Assembly (NCBI GenBank): GCA_964450865.1
Contig: CAYVHB010000004.1
Location: forward strand, 40,363-104,362
DNA length: 64,000 bases
DNA from: an uncultured Oscillospiraceae bacterium
GTDB taxonomy: Bacteria > Bacillota > Clostridia > Saccharofermentanales > UBA5734
Reading direction: 5' to 3'
The notes beneath the pieces were generated by a model. That model made no database searches. It was not told the DNA's origin and saw only the letters and a list, made by a program, of their open reading frames with translations. A program made the position numbers and the translations under genes. This document shows, one piece after another, positions 8,419 to 18,474 of the stretch (positions within the stretch are counted from its first letter, which is position 1; every line of letters starts with the position of its first letter).

Positions 8419-9501
8419 TCAATCGGTTGCTAACGGCGCCTTCCGGTTATTTTCGTCAACCATTTCCTGTAACAGATATCTCACCTGTTGCTGGCTGAAA
8501 GTATAATGCCGATTACAAAAATGGCATTCCAGATTGATGCCGGCCGGATCGAGAGCCAGTTCCTGCAATTCCCGGGGACCCAGGGCGATCAGATTGCGCT
8601 CCATGCGTTCTCGATTGCAAGGACAGTCATAGCTGCAGGGAGTGAGTGAATGATAGTGGATATCCGGGTCGCCCAGCAGCAGATCCAGCAATTGTTGGGG
8701 GGTGAAGCCTTCTTCCAGCAAGAATGTCACTTCCGGAAAACCAGCCGCCCGGGTCTCAAGGTATTCAGCGATGCCCTCAGGTGCATCGGGCATCAATTGG
8801 ATGATAAAGCCACCTGCGACATGGATCCCCTGGGCATTGACCTGCACACCCAGGCTGACAATCGATGGGATTTGCTCGGAGGCTGCCAGATAATAGGTCA
8901 GATCTTCGGCAATCTCGCCGGATACCAGTTCGACCTGGCCGACATAGGGCTCTTTCAAGCCCAGATCTTTCAGGATCGTCAAGGTGCCGCGGCCAATGGC
9001 TTGTCCAACGTCCAGCTTGCCAGCCCGTTTATAAATCGACTCAACAACCGGATGCCGGCAGTAGCCGCGCACGGTTGTGTCGCCCATGCCAATGACCGTC
9101 AGGCCCTCAAGGGGTCCATCACCGCGCACAATAGCGGTCAGGCTGTCTGTTTCGTTTTTCAGCTCCAGCTGCCCCATCAACAAAACGCCGGTCAGCAACC
9201 GGCCCAGGGCAACGGCAGCCAGCGGGGACATCTGGTGAATGCGCAAGGCTTCACTGCAAGTGTCGATGGTGCGACAGGCAAAGGCCCGGACCGCGCCACC
9301 AAGGGCGGTAGCCCGGACAATGTAATCACCGGGCGGATTGTAATCGCCAGTTAAAGGCGATGCTTCTTTTTCATTCAAAGGCGATGTTCTCTCGCCAGTC
9401 AGAGACGATGTTCTTTCTTCATTTATGAGCGAGGTATTTTCATCAGGTTGACCCGGATTTGGCAAAACAGCCGGGTCAGGTGTATGCTCTGGCATGGGCA
9501 A
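8419..9501 (-). CDS. hslO: Redox-regulated chaperone Hsp33 with N-terminal repeat extension
   Basis: DYIVRATALGGAVRAFACRTIDTC matches Hsp33 N-terminus; C-terminal zinc centre CSYDCPC ... CHFCNRHY; about 55-aa N-terminal extension containing three 8-aa repeats. Confidence 0.85.
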   Translation of the reverse strand: MPMPEHTPDPAVLPNPGQPDENTSLINEERTSSLTGERTSPLNEKEASPLTGDYNPPGDYIVRATALGGAVRAFACRTIDTCSEALRIHQMSPLAAVALGRLLTGVLLMGQLELKNETDSLTAIVRGDGPLEGLTVIGMGDTTVRGYCRHPVVESIYKRAGKLDVGQAIGRGTLTILKDLGLKEPYVGQVELVSGEIAEDLTYYLAASEQIPSIVSLGVQVNAQGIHVAGGFIIQLMPDAPEGIAEYLETRAAGFPEVTFLLEEGFTPQQLLDLLLGDPDIHYHSLTPCSYDCPCNRERMERNLIALGPRELQELALDPAGINLECHFCNRHYTFSQQQVRYLLQEMVDENNRKAPLATD

Positions 9502-9777
9502 TCCTCATCATTCCAACTTCTGTACGCTGAATCTGCACGCCGTAACCGCACGCTGTATCTGCGCCTTGTATCCGGTTTACTGTTTCTGCACGCTTCACTT
9601 TTGCCTGCCGGCCTGGAAACCATGCTGTTCATGGCCAGACGAAAGAGGCCGGCCAGCAAATTCCCGACTTGGCAAAAATGTTCCATCTCTATTTTACGCT
9701 CTTTTTGTTCCGATGGGGAGGATAATTCGAATGTATACAATCATAATTTGACCCGCCGCAAATTGATGCTGAATCTT

Positions 9778-10602
9778 TTATAGATCCCTTGCGGGGCGAC
9801 GGAACACGTAAAAATGACGTTCGGCCCGGCGCGCGGGCGCTTTCAGGCTCAATTCACCATGACAGGCCAGCCATTCGAGGCCGGCTGACCTGGCACAGCC
9901 CAGTAAGAAATCGTGATCATAGTAACGCTCAACGATCTGGACGTCAGAACGGCGGTACAGGCCCGGGCTTTGCGGCGTGCCTTCTGTAAAGAGCGTGAGA
10001 TTGGCGCGACTGATACCGGTCCGCGGCTGGTACTGGTTTTGCCAGAACAAGGTCAGGGCCGGTTGCCCGGCTGTCGCGGCCAGATCCTGGTAAAACAGAT
10101 GATTGCCGAGCGTCTGGCGGAAATGATGTTCTGTTCCGCAGTCAAATATAAACAGGCAGCCCGGATTCAGGTAATTGGCACAAAGCCGGAACAAGCGCTC
10201 GACCTGGGCCGGACGGACCAGGTGATTGACCGTATCAAGCAGGCAGGTGATCAGGTCTACTGTGCCATATAATTCAAAGCGACTGATGTCCTGGAGCAGG
10301 AACAGGCCGTGACTCTCGGCAGCGGTCGCTTTCTCCCGGGCCAGCTGCAGCATCGCGGCAGACTGGTCGACGCCGATCGGATCATAGCCTCGTTGTTCCA
10401 GGGCCAGGCAGATGCTGCCGGTACCACAACCCAGATCCAGTACCAGGGGTCGGCCGTCGCGGCCGTCGCCGGCAAGCCGGCTGAGTACCGGCCGATAAAG
10501 CAGATCCAGCTGCAGCAAAAAATCAGCCCACCGGTCGGGGCTGATTTCGTGTTGCAGATGGTCATACCAGGGGGCCAGGGGCTGATAATGATCCGTCATC
10601 AT
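9778..10602 (-). CDS. Class I SAM-dependent methyltransferase
   Basis: Motif I VLDLGCGTGSI, motif post-I GVDQS, Rossmann-fold pattern. Confidence 0.75.
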   Translation of the reverse strand: MMTDHYQPLAPWYDHLQHEISPDRWADFLLQLDLLYRPVLSRLAGDGRDGRPLVLDLGCGTGSICLALEQRGYDPIGVDQSAAMLQLAREKATAAESHGLFLLQDISRFELYGTVDLITCLLDTVNHLVRPAQVERLFRLCANYLNPGCLFIFDCGTEHHFRQTLGNHLFYQDLAATAGQPALTLFWQNQYQPRTGISRANLTLFTEGTPQSPGLYRRSDVQIVERYYDHDFLLGCARSAGLEWLACHGELSLKAPARRAERHFYVFRRPARDL

Positions 10603-10721
10603 GCGTCAGGTGAACACCATCATTCTTGATCAGGCCGGGCACTGGCCTGGCCTGGCCGGTCAATTGCGGATCAGGCCCGGGCGCTGGCCTGGCCGTTCTG
10701 GTCATGTCCGGTCCGAATCCG

Positions 10722-12059
10722 TCAGGGCGCGGACGGCAGTTTCGTGAGATACTGGATTGCGGCACTCAGCTGGGTGTCTTCTTCCAATGTCAGCTGGGTG
10801 ATGGACTTGCCGGCAACGGATTCAGGCAGCCCGATAATCTGGTCCGGCTTGAGACCGACACCTTCAATGCTTTCTCCATCCGGCAGGTAGTACAGGAAAT
10901 TGGTAACATTGATGGCAGAGCCATCAGCCAGGTCGAAGGTCAGGGTACCGGAACCCTTGCCAAAAGACTGCTCGCCAATCAGCCAGGCCTTGTCGTGATC
11001 ACGCAGGCAGCCCGAGAACAATTCGGACGCACTGGCGGTAAAGTCATTAATCAGGATGGCGTAACGCATGCTGTCCGGCACACCCATCTGGCGGTCGGAG
11101 GTCCAGGCCTCAGAAAACGGCTTGCCTTCACTGCGCCCTTCAAGGGTCGCCAGCGTTGTCTGCGGCAACAGATAGTCCAGCATTGCGGTGACCTCATTGG
11201 CCAGCCCACCGCCGTTGTTGCGCAAATCAACAACCAGGTGCCTGGCGCCCTGACTTTGCAGATCGTCAACCGCTGTGGCAAACAAGTCGGCAACGCCTTT
11301 GGAGAATTCACTGACCCGGACATAGCCAATGCCGGGCTGCAGCATCTTGTGGCTGACACTGGCGGTCGTAATGCGCCGGCGCACCGCGGTCACATTGATA
11401 GTCTGGCGAGTGGCCGGGCGATAGATCTCCAGTTCGACCGACGTGCCCTCTTCACCGCGCACCAGGACCACAACCTCGCTGATATCCTTGACGCGACTGA
11501 CATCCTCGCCGTTGACCTTCATGAAAACATCGCCAATCTGCAAGCCGGCCGACTCCGCCGGGCTCCCGGCGACGACTTCTGTCAATTCAACCTGCTGCGA
11601 GGCATTAAAAGCCACAATGCCGCCAATGCCAACATAATTGCCGCTCATGGCTTCATTCATTTCCGTGACTTCCTCGGCCGTCAGGTACATGGTATAACGA
11701 TTGCCCAGTTCATCAACCAGGCCGCGGGTCATCGCTTCCAGCATTTCGGCATCAGTCAAGTCTTTATAGAAGTTCTTGTCAACTTTATCGTAAACGTCTT
11801 CCAGTTTATCAAGAGCGGCTTTCGTGTCAGCGTCGTCACTGAAAGTACGGTCCAGGGTGACGGCTGAGCCGGGTTCAGTGGTCCGGGTCAGGGTCTGGGC
11901 CGAGCCGATTGTAAAATAGAGAAAAAGGCCCCCGCTCACGGTCAGGGCAAAAGTCAATAAAATACTGATCAGGGCAACGAGGAAATAGCGCCAGAAGTGG
12001 GAGCTGGCCGGGTTTGGCCCGGGCTTGGCCACATTGACTGATTCAGGCAGTTCGTTCAT
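10722..12059 (-). CDS. ctpA: S41 family C-terminal processing peptidase (tail-specific protease), membrane anchored
   Basis: N-terminal TM, PDZ region, S41 catalytic block DLRNNGGGL and GRSEGKPFSE...ASASE; conserved position next to ftsEX-M23. Confidence 0.85.
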   Translation of the reverse strand: MNELPESVNVAKPGPNPASSHFWRYFLVALISILLTFALTVSGGLFLYFTIGSAQTLTRTTEPGSAVTLDRTFSDDADTKAALDKLEDVYDKVDKNFYKDLTDAEMLEAMTRGLVDELGNRYTMYLTAEEVTEMNEAMSGNYVGIGGIVAFNASQQVELTEVVAGSPAESAGLQIGDVFMKVNGEDVSRVKDISEVVVLVRGEEGTSVELEIYRPATRQTINVTAVRRRITTASVSHKMLQPGIGYVRVSEFSKGVADLFATAVDDLQSQGARHLVVDLRNNGGGLANEVTAMLDYLLPQTTLATLEGRSEGKPFSEAWTSDRQMGVPDSMRYAILINDFTASASELFSGCLRDHDKAWLIGEQSFGKGSGTLTFDLADGSAINVTNFLYYLPDGESIEGVGLKPDQIIGLPESVAGKSITQLTLEEDTQLSAAIQYLTKLPSAP

Positions 12060-12139
12060 TTTGGCTCCTTTGATAGCAATCGGATACAGGTGGATAGCCC
12101 ATGCACGTCATTGATCGCACACGGTTCCATGTGCGTTAT

Positions 12140-13381
12140 TTAATGCACGTAATTGGCCGGATTGACAGTATCGCCATTCAGGCGGACCTCAAAATGCAGA
12201 TGGGCGCCTGTCGATGTGCCGGTGCTGCCGACCAGGGCGATGCGTGTTCCGGCCCCGACCGTCTGGTTCTTGCTGACCAGGGTCCGCTTCAGATGGGCAT
12301 AAAGCGTTGAGTAGCCGTCACCATGGTCAACAACGATATAGTTGCCATAACCGGATCCGCCAGTATTCTGGCCCTGTACCGGATTGACCACCATGATGAC
12401 GGTACCACTGCGCGCGGCGACGACGGAAGACCCGAAAGGGGCCGCAATATCGATGCCGGAGTGGAATTTATAAACCTTGTAAACCGGATGGAGGCGGTTG
12501 CCATATTTTGAAGTAATGGACTTGTGGCCCGGAACTGGCCAGGTCCAGCCATTCCTGATCACCGGCGCGGGCGTATCATCCTGTTTATCGCGATTGCGCT
12601 GCGCGGTTGCCGTAGCTGTCGCAGCCCGCTCGGCAGCCAGTTTTCTCTGTAAAGCATAAATATCCTGCCCCAACCGCTGCGATTCTGATTCCAGGGCATC
12701 CTCGGCTTCCTGCTGGGCCGACAGCCTGGCATTGATCCTGGCCAGATTTGCCTCGGTAGCTGAAGCGTCGGCTTTCAGGCGGGCCAGGTCTGCTTCGAGC
12801 TGCTCGACCACACCTTGCAGTTCAGCCGATTTCTCGTCGGCCTGCTGACGTTTGAGCGCCGCATCATCGGTGAGATTTTGCAGGTCATCGATCATCTGCT
12901 GGTCAGTCTCTTCAATGATGGCCATGAACTGGATCACAGTGAAAAAGCTTTGCAGGCTGCGGGACTCCAGGATCATTTTCATCATGGACTGATTGCGATG
13001 CTCATACATGACCTTCAGGCGGGCAATGTACTGGTTCTGCTTGGCTTCCAGGGTGGCCTGGGCCTGCAGATAGTCGTCATAGGCCTGGTCGAGCTCATCC
13101 ATGGCGGCCTTCAGCTGCTCGCTTTTGGCGATATAGATAGCCTTTTGCTGGGCGCTGCGCTGATTGAGCCAGGCCAGGTCGCCGGTCAGTTCAGACCGCT
13201 GGTCCGCCAGCTGGGCCTGCTGCTTGTCCAGGACGGCCAGCTTGTCGTCGATCAGATCCTGCTGATGGGCTATTTCCGCCAGTTTCTGTTTCGTTGTCTT
13301 AGCCTCGACCGGTACCTGAATGGTCAGGGGAATCAGCACGAGGCCGACTATCAGCAGCCCGGTTAAGATGCGTTTTAGCAT
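12140..13381 (-). CDS. M23 family metallopeptidase with N-terminal coiled-coil (EnvC/murein hydrolase activator-like)
   Basis: Signal peptide MLKRILTGLLIVGLVLIP after RBS GGAGAGG; long coiled coil; C-terminal M23 motifs HSGIDIAAPFGSSV and GSTGTSTGAHLHFEV. Confidence 0.8.
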   Translation of the reverse strand: MLKRILTGLLIVGLVLIPLTIQVPVEAKTTKQKLAEIAHQQDLIDDKLAVLDKQQAQLADQRSELTGDLAWLNQRSAQQKAIYIAKSEQLKAAMDELDQAYDDYLQAQATLEAKQNQYIARLKVMYEHRNQSMMKMILESRSLQSFFTVIQFMAIIEETDQQMIDDLQNLTDDAALKRQQADEKSAELQGVVEQLEADLARLKADASATEANLARINARLSAQQEAEDALESESQRLGQDIYALQRKLAAERAATATATAQRNRDKQDDTPAPVIRNGWTWPVPGHKSITSKYGNRLHPVYKVYKFHSGIDIAAPFGSSVVAARSGTVIMVVNPVQGQNTGGSGYGNYIVVDHGDGYSTLYAHLKRTLVSKNQTVGAGTRIALVGSTGTSTGAHLHFEVRLNGDTVNPANYVH

Positions 13382-13578
13382 GGCCATATTCCTCTCCATC
13401 TTTCATACTTGCTTATACGGTGTCTTGCTTGAAATTCAGGTGGTTTGCTTGTCCGGGTGTCTGAAACCCTGCATGGAATGGCTGGCGTTTGCGATGGCCG
13501 GCCCGCACGTGGATATGGCAGCGGGCAGAAGCTCATGACTTCCTGACCAGCATTTAAGCTGAAATGTCCGGCACTGGT

Positions 13579-14472
13579 TCACACATGGATGTGACGGCGC
13601 ACGGAAATGGCGCTGCCGATCGAGCCGACGCCGGCGCCGATCAGGATATTCAGCCAGAGGACCACCGCTGAAACCGCGCCAGGTGTAACCATGGCCAGGA
13701 TATCATCCGGTCTGGTGCCGGTCATCAGGGACATGTAAATCCGGGTGTAAATCAGGTAGGCAGTCAGCCAGGCCAGGAAAGCGCCAATCAGGCCGACCAG
13801 GGCACCCTCCAGGATATAGGGAATCCGGATGTACCAGTTCGTGGCGCCGACATATTTCATGATGCTGATTTCTTCTCCACGGGAAAAGACAGCCACCCGG
13901 ACCATGTTGGAAATGATAAAGAAAGCGATGACGCCCAGCACAATAAAAGCCAGCAAGGACGAGTAATTGACCCAGACAATGGCCTTGCCGAGAAATTTCA
14001 TCACGGAGAGCTCCAGCGAGACTTTGCGGACGCCGGGCATGGCACTGATCTGGGACTGGAAATCAGCGCCCAGGGCCGGATCAGTCAGATGAACGGAAAA
14101 CGAATAAGGGATGTAATCAGCCGAGAAGTCAGCAAACAGTTCCTCCTGGCCAAGACTCTTCTTGAACGTTTCGAAATTCTCCTGCGGGCTGAACAGCTTG
14201 AATTCCTTGACGACGTCGGGACTGGCCCTGAGAGCGGCCGAGACAGCGTCAATGTCCGTCTGGGATACATCAACATTCATCGTGATCTCGACCGGCGGCT
14301 GCTCACCGGCCCGGGCCATCATCTGGCGGGCATTGAGCGAAAAGATCATAAAGGCGGCCATCAGGAACAGCATCAGGGAAATCGTGGTGATCGAAGCCAG
14401 GGTGACCAGCGGATGACGGACCATGCTGGTCAGGCCTTCCTGGAGCGAATGCTTCAGCAATGTCAGTTTCAT
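13579..14472 (-). CDS. ftsX: Cell division ABC transporter permease FtsX
   Basis: MKLTLLKHSLQEGLTSMVRHPLVTLASI FtsX N-terminus, 4 TM topology, ATGA overlap with ftsE. Confidence 0.85.
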   Translation of the reverse strand: MKLTLLKHSLQEGLTSMVRHPLVTLASITTISLMLFLMAAFMIFSLNARQMMARAGEQPPVEITMNVDVSQTDIDAVSAALRASPDVVKEFKLFSPQENFETFKKSLGQEELFADFSADYIPYSFSVHLTDPALGADFQSQISAMPGVRKVSLELSVMKFLGKAIVWVNYSSLLAFIVLGVIAFFIISNMVRVAVFSRGEEISIMKYVGATNWYIRIPYILEGALVGLIGAFLAWLTAYLIYTRIYMSLMTGTRPDDILAMVTPGAVSAVVLWLNILIGAGVGSIGSAISVRRHIHV

Positions 14473-15536
14473 GGCAACTCCTCCGGTTTAGTTGGTTTCG
14501 GTGCAGGCTTAACCCAGGTGCTGCCGGGAGGATTGGCGCCGGAACCGGCCGGTTTTAACGGATTTGCTGCATCGGCACCGGGACCGGCGGAAATACCGGA
14601 TTCGCCGGAATGGCCAGGGCCAGGTGTTCGGGAAATCCGGCTGGCCGGCCCTGGCGCGGCTTTGCGCGGCAATCTGAAACTGACCGGCGCGGCAGGGTCT
14701 GCCAAATCTTCCGGTGCAGGTTCCCGGTCCGGTTCATTCTGTTCATCAGCGAGCAGGCCGGCACTTTTTGCCGCCTTGACACTGAATACATCATTGCGAT
14801 GATGCCGGCCGCGCACTGCCGCGGTCCTGGCGGCTGGAACAGCGCAGGCCGCATTGTCAGAGACATAACTGCCGCTGCAATCATCTCGGATCATGCTGCC
14901 ATCATCGATCTCGACGACCCGCTTCTTCATCCGGTCAACCAGGGCATGATCATGGGTACAGATGATGACCGTCGTGCCGCTGCGGTTGATCTCCTCCAGC
15001 AGGGCCATGACCGCCTCGCTGTTGGTCGGGTCGAGATTGCCGGTCGGCTCGTCAGCGAGGATCAGCCTGGGATTGTTGACCATCGCCCGGGCAATCGCCA
15101 CCCGCTGCTGTTCACCGCCGGATAATTCGCCGGGGCGGGCATTGGCTTTATCACGCAGGCCGACAATCGACAGGACAATAGGCACCCGCCGCCGGATCAG
15201 CCGGGGGGATGACCCGACGATCTCCATGGCGAATGCCACATTTTCGAAGACGGTTTTCGTATAGATCAGGCGAAAATCCTGGAAGACCATGCCGATATTG
15301 CGCCGCAGGTATGGTATCAGGCCACGCCGGATACGGGCCACGTCGATCTGGTCAATCATCACCTGGCCGGATGTGGGCCGCTCCTCACAGGTGAGCAGCT
15401 TGATCAGGGTGGACTTGCCCGCTCCACTGCGGCCAATGATAAAGACAAATTCGCCATCGTTGATCTTGAATGATACATGACGAAGGGCGGTCGAACCGGA
15501 TGCGTATACTTTTGATACACGTCTGAATTCAATCAA
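14469..15536 (-). CDS. ftsE: Cell division ATP-binding protein FtsE with about 125-aa Pro/Ala-rich C-terminal extension
   Basis: Walker A GRSGAGKST, Q-loop, signature LSGGEQQRVAIARA, Walker B LILADEPT, H-loop; ABC domain ends near 230 aa, then low-complexity tail to stop overlapping ftsX start. Confidence 0.9.
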   Translation of the reverse strand: MIEFRRVSKVYASGSTALRHVSFKINDGEFVFIIGRSGAGKSTLIKLLTCEERPTSGQVMIDQIDVARIRRGLIPYLRRNIGMVFQDFRLIYTKTVFENVAFAMEIVGSSPRLIRRRVPIVLSIVGLRDKANARPGELSGGEQQRVAIARAMVNNPRLILADEPTGNLDPTNSEAVMALLEEINRSGTTVIICTHDHALVDRMKKRVVEIDDGSMIRDDCSGSYVSDNAACAVPAARTAAVRGRHHRNDVFSVKAAKSAGLLADEQNEPDREPAPEDLADPAAPVSFRLPRKAAPGPASRISRTPGPGHSGESGISAGPGADAANPLKPAGSGANPPGSTWVKPAPKPTKPEELP

Positions 15537-15578
15537 GACGAATCCTCCTCTGTTTGTTCCCAGACGCGATCAGACTTG

Positions 15579-16688
15579 TCAGCTGTGCCACCATTTGGTA
15601 CTGGATGCCTTTAACGAGCCTTTCTCCTGCTTTTCCAGGTATCGGCGCACCATGGCGGCCAGCTTGAAAAGCACGGCGTCGTCAAAGCTGCGCAGATCGA
15701 GTCTGGTAATTTTCTGGACTTTATCCAGGCGATAAACCAGCGTGTTGCGATGGACGAACAGCTGGCGCGATGTTTCACTGCCATTGAGATTGTTCTCGAA
15801 AAACTTCTGGATCGTCAGCAGCGTCTCGCTGTCGAGCGATTCATACGCGCCTTTCGGAAACACTTCGTCGAGGAACATGTGGCACAATGTCGGCGGTAAC
15901 TGATAGATCAGCCGGCCAAGGCCCAGTTTGTCATAGCGCATGATATAGGAGTCGCTCTCGAATATATTGCCAACGGTCAGGGCCAGCGATGCTTCGCGAT
16001 AGGACTTGGCTGTATCCTTGAGTGTATCGGCCGGCATCCCGATGCCGATGTGCACCTTGGCCATTGATTCGGCATTGAGCGTATCAAGGATCAGGGTCGC
16101 GGTTTCGTCGATCAGGGCCGGATTGTCACGGGGATATTCAGTCAGCAGGACGATCGTTTCCTCGTCCATGGCCAGGATGTAGCTGTTGCGGCGGTCCGGG
16201 TACATATTCTGCAGGATTTCCAGGCAATCAATCTCGTCATTCTGTTCAATCCGGACCAGGTAGGCCAGGCGGGTGACAGAATAGGGGATCTTGAATTCGC
16301 GGGCCTTGAGCGGGATATCGCCAGGCAATTCATTTTCGAGAAGCACATTCTTCAGGAAAGCTTCCCGCTCGACATCTGAATTGCGCTCCTTGAGGGCCGC
16401 CTTGATCCAGTGACCCAGCAGCTCGACGTAGGTGCGGGAAACCGGATCGGTGCCGTCAATAAAACAGATGTACGTGGTCCGCTCGGATACTGGCAGTTTC
16501 AGGAATGTACGGCCGGCCGAAATGGCGATGGCCTCGTCAGACAGCAGGACTGCGCGGGTTGAGGAGTCTTCGTTGCCTTCCAGGCGCTCGTCTGTACAGG
16601 CCACGATGATACCATCAGCATCCAGCACGCCAGCCACGCAACTTAAAAATCCAGCAGCTTCCTTGATGCATTTTTTTATTTCTTCCAT
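15579..16688 (-). CDS. CdaR/PucR family transcriptional regulator
   Basis: C-terminal PucR HTH FVHRNTLVYRLDKVQKITRLDLRSFDDAVLFKLA; GGDEF-like middle region typical of CdaR. Confidence 0.8.
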   Translation of the reverse strand: MEEIKKCIKEAAGFLSCVAGVLDADGIIVACTDERLEGNEDSSTRAVLLSDEAIAISAGRTFLKLPVSERTTYICFIDGTDPVSRTYVELLGHWIKAALKERNSDVEREAFLKNVLLENELPGDIPLKAREFKIPYSVTRLAYLVRIEQNDEIDCLEILQNMYPDRRNSYILAMDEETIVLLTEYPRDNPALIDETATLILDTLNAESMAKVHIGIGMPADTLKDTAKSYREASLALTVGNIFESDSYIMRYDKLGLGRLIYQLPPTLCHMFLDEVFPKGAYESLDSETLLTIQKFFENNLNGSETSRQLFVHRNTLVYRLDKVQKITRLDLRSFDDAVLFKLAAMVRRYLEKQEKGSLKASSTKWWHS

Positions 16689-16904
16689 AACTCAAGCCCT
16701 CTCCCTACAGCGGTAACCGGATGCTCTGATTCGGACGATCTATACCATATATTATATTTTTCCAGGTCAGATAGCAAGGTTTCATGACAATCTTAACAAT
16801 TCTTAACAGAAATGAAAGATCTGCCGCCTCATCTTGCGGTTGCCGATCCTGTTACAGGGTGCCCGGCCGGTTGCAGCATCCGGTCCAGTGGCTTCCGGCC
16901 GATC

Positions 16905-16938
16905 AAAAAGGGAGTCCCGTCCGGGACTCCCTTTTTCA
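16905..16938. terminator. Bidirectional rho-independent terminator (perfect 15-bp stem flanked by A5/T5)
   Basis: AAAAAGGGAGTCCCGTCCGGGACTCCCTTTTT between convergent msmK end and plus-strand flank. Confidence 0.75.
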
Positions 16939-17019
16939 GTTAAATTGGAGTTTGGTCCGTGGTCAGCCAGTCAGCATGACCAGGGCGGCTCAGGCTCCAG
17001 CCTGACAGGCCGGGCCTGA

Positions 17020-18132
17020 TCAGCTCAGGATGACGCGCTCGGTTTCCTTGTCAAAGAGGTGGACGCGGTTGCCCCAGACTGCGAAGGTGGTCAGGTCACC
17101 GACGTGCGAGTGGCTCTCGGTCGGGTCGACACGGCAGGTCAGGCTCAGGCCGGCCACGGTGACATACAGGTAGGTCTCGGCGCCGAGCATTTCAACGACG
17201 TCAACATGGGCTTTGAAGGTGGATTTGGGGTTGGCGCTGATCGCGGCTGCTTCATCGGAAATGGCTTCCGGACGGACGCCGAGGACGATGTCCTTGCCGT
17301 CATAGGCCTTGACCGCGGGCACGGAATACTTGGCCGGCAGTTCGAGATTGACATCACCGAACTTGACATTGACAGCATCGCCCTTGACGGTGAGCTTGGC
17401 GTTGATGAAGTTCATCGGCGGCATACCGATGAAGCCGGCGACGAAGGTATTGACCGGGTGCTTGTACAGTTCGGTCGGGGTGTCGACCTGCTGGATAAAG
17501 CCGTCCTTCATGACGACGATGCGGGTACCCATGGTCATGGCTTCGGTCTGGTCATGGGTAACATAGATGATGGTCGTATTCAGGCGCTGATGGAGCTTGC
17601 TGATCTCAACACGCATCTGGACACGCAGCTTGGCGTCGAGGTTGGACAGCGGCTCGTCCATCAGGAAGACTTTCGGGTCACGGACGATAGCACGGCCGAG
17701 GGCAACGCGCTGACGCTGGCCACCGGAAAGGGCCTTCGGCTTTCTGTCGAGCAGATGGGTGATTTCGAGGATCTTGGCAGCCTCGTTCACGCGGCGCTTG
17801 ATCTCATCTTTCGGGAACTTGCGCAGCTTCAGGCCGAAGGCCATGTTGTCGAAGACTGTCATATGCGGGTACAAAGCGTAGTTCTGGAAAACCATCGCGA
17901 TGTCGCGGTCCTTGGGCTGAACATCATTGACGCGCTTGTCACCGATGTAGCAGTCGCCGTCGCTGATTTCCTCGAGACCGGCGATCATGCGCAGGGTTGT
18001 CGACTTGCCGCAGCCCGACGGACCAACCAGGATGATGAATTCCTTGTCAGCGATATCGATATTAAAATCGGTGACGGCGACGACATTGCCTTCGTAACGC
18101 TTGTAAACATTTTTCAGAACGACACTAGCCAT
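17020..18132 (-). CDS. msmK: Sugar/sn-glycerol-3-phosphate ABC transporter ATP-binding protein (MsmK/UgpC/MalK family)
   Basis: Walker A GPSGCGKST, LSGGQRQRVALGRA, FLMDEPLSNLD, C-terminal TOBE regulatory domain; RBS GGAGGGAAT. Confidence 0.9.
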   Translation of the reverse strand: MASVVLKNVYKRYEGNVVAVTDFNIDIADKEFIILVGPSGCGKSTTLRMIAGLEEISDGDCYIGDKRVNDVQPKDRDIAMVFQNYALYPHMTVFDNMAFGLKLRKFPKDEIKRRVNEAAKILEITHLLDRKPKALSGGQRQRVALGRAIVRDPKVFLMDEPLSNLDAKLRVQMRVEISKLHQRLNTTIIYVTHDQTEAMTMGTRIVVMKDGFIQQVDTPTELYKHPVNTFVAGFIGMPPMNFINAKLTVKGDAVNVKFGDVNLELPAKYSVPAVKAYDGKDIVLGVRPEAISDEAAAISANPKSTFKAHVDVVEMLGAETYLYVTVAGLSLTCRVDPTESHSHVGDLTTFAVWGNRVHLFDKETERVILS

Positions 18133-18384
18133 AAAAGATTCCCTCCAAAGTGTATGTGTTTTTGATTAGTAAGCAGAATAGTTGCTTGAACTTGCATCAT
18201 GAATATAACATTGGCATCTCACTTTTACCATCCGCAAAAGTAAACAAATGTTACTGGATGAATTTGGCAATACAGTGGTAAGGGGGTTGGCAAACTCACA
18301 ATAAGACAGGTCTCTGTTCTATCAAAATTGTCAAATCAGCGTTTAAAATGGTTCTTTTCCGGTATTTTTTTACCACTCGGGCTG

Positions 18385-18412
18385 TTGAGATGCCAGTTTC
18401 AGAAGGTATAAT
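18385..18412 (+). promoter_or_regulatory. Candidate upstream promoter P1 (TTGAGA-N16-TATAAT) followed by weak hairpin+T-run (18441-18465)
   Basis: Seen in sequence; hairpin CGCCGataaacCGGCG then AATTTTTG could act as attenuator for P1 transcripts. Confidence 0.35.
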
Positions 18413-18474
18413 ATTCATATAAAAGAAAAAAACGTCTTTTCGCCGATAAACCGGCGGAATTTTTGTGCAAAGAC

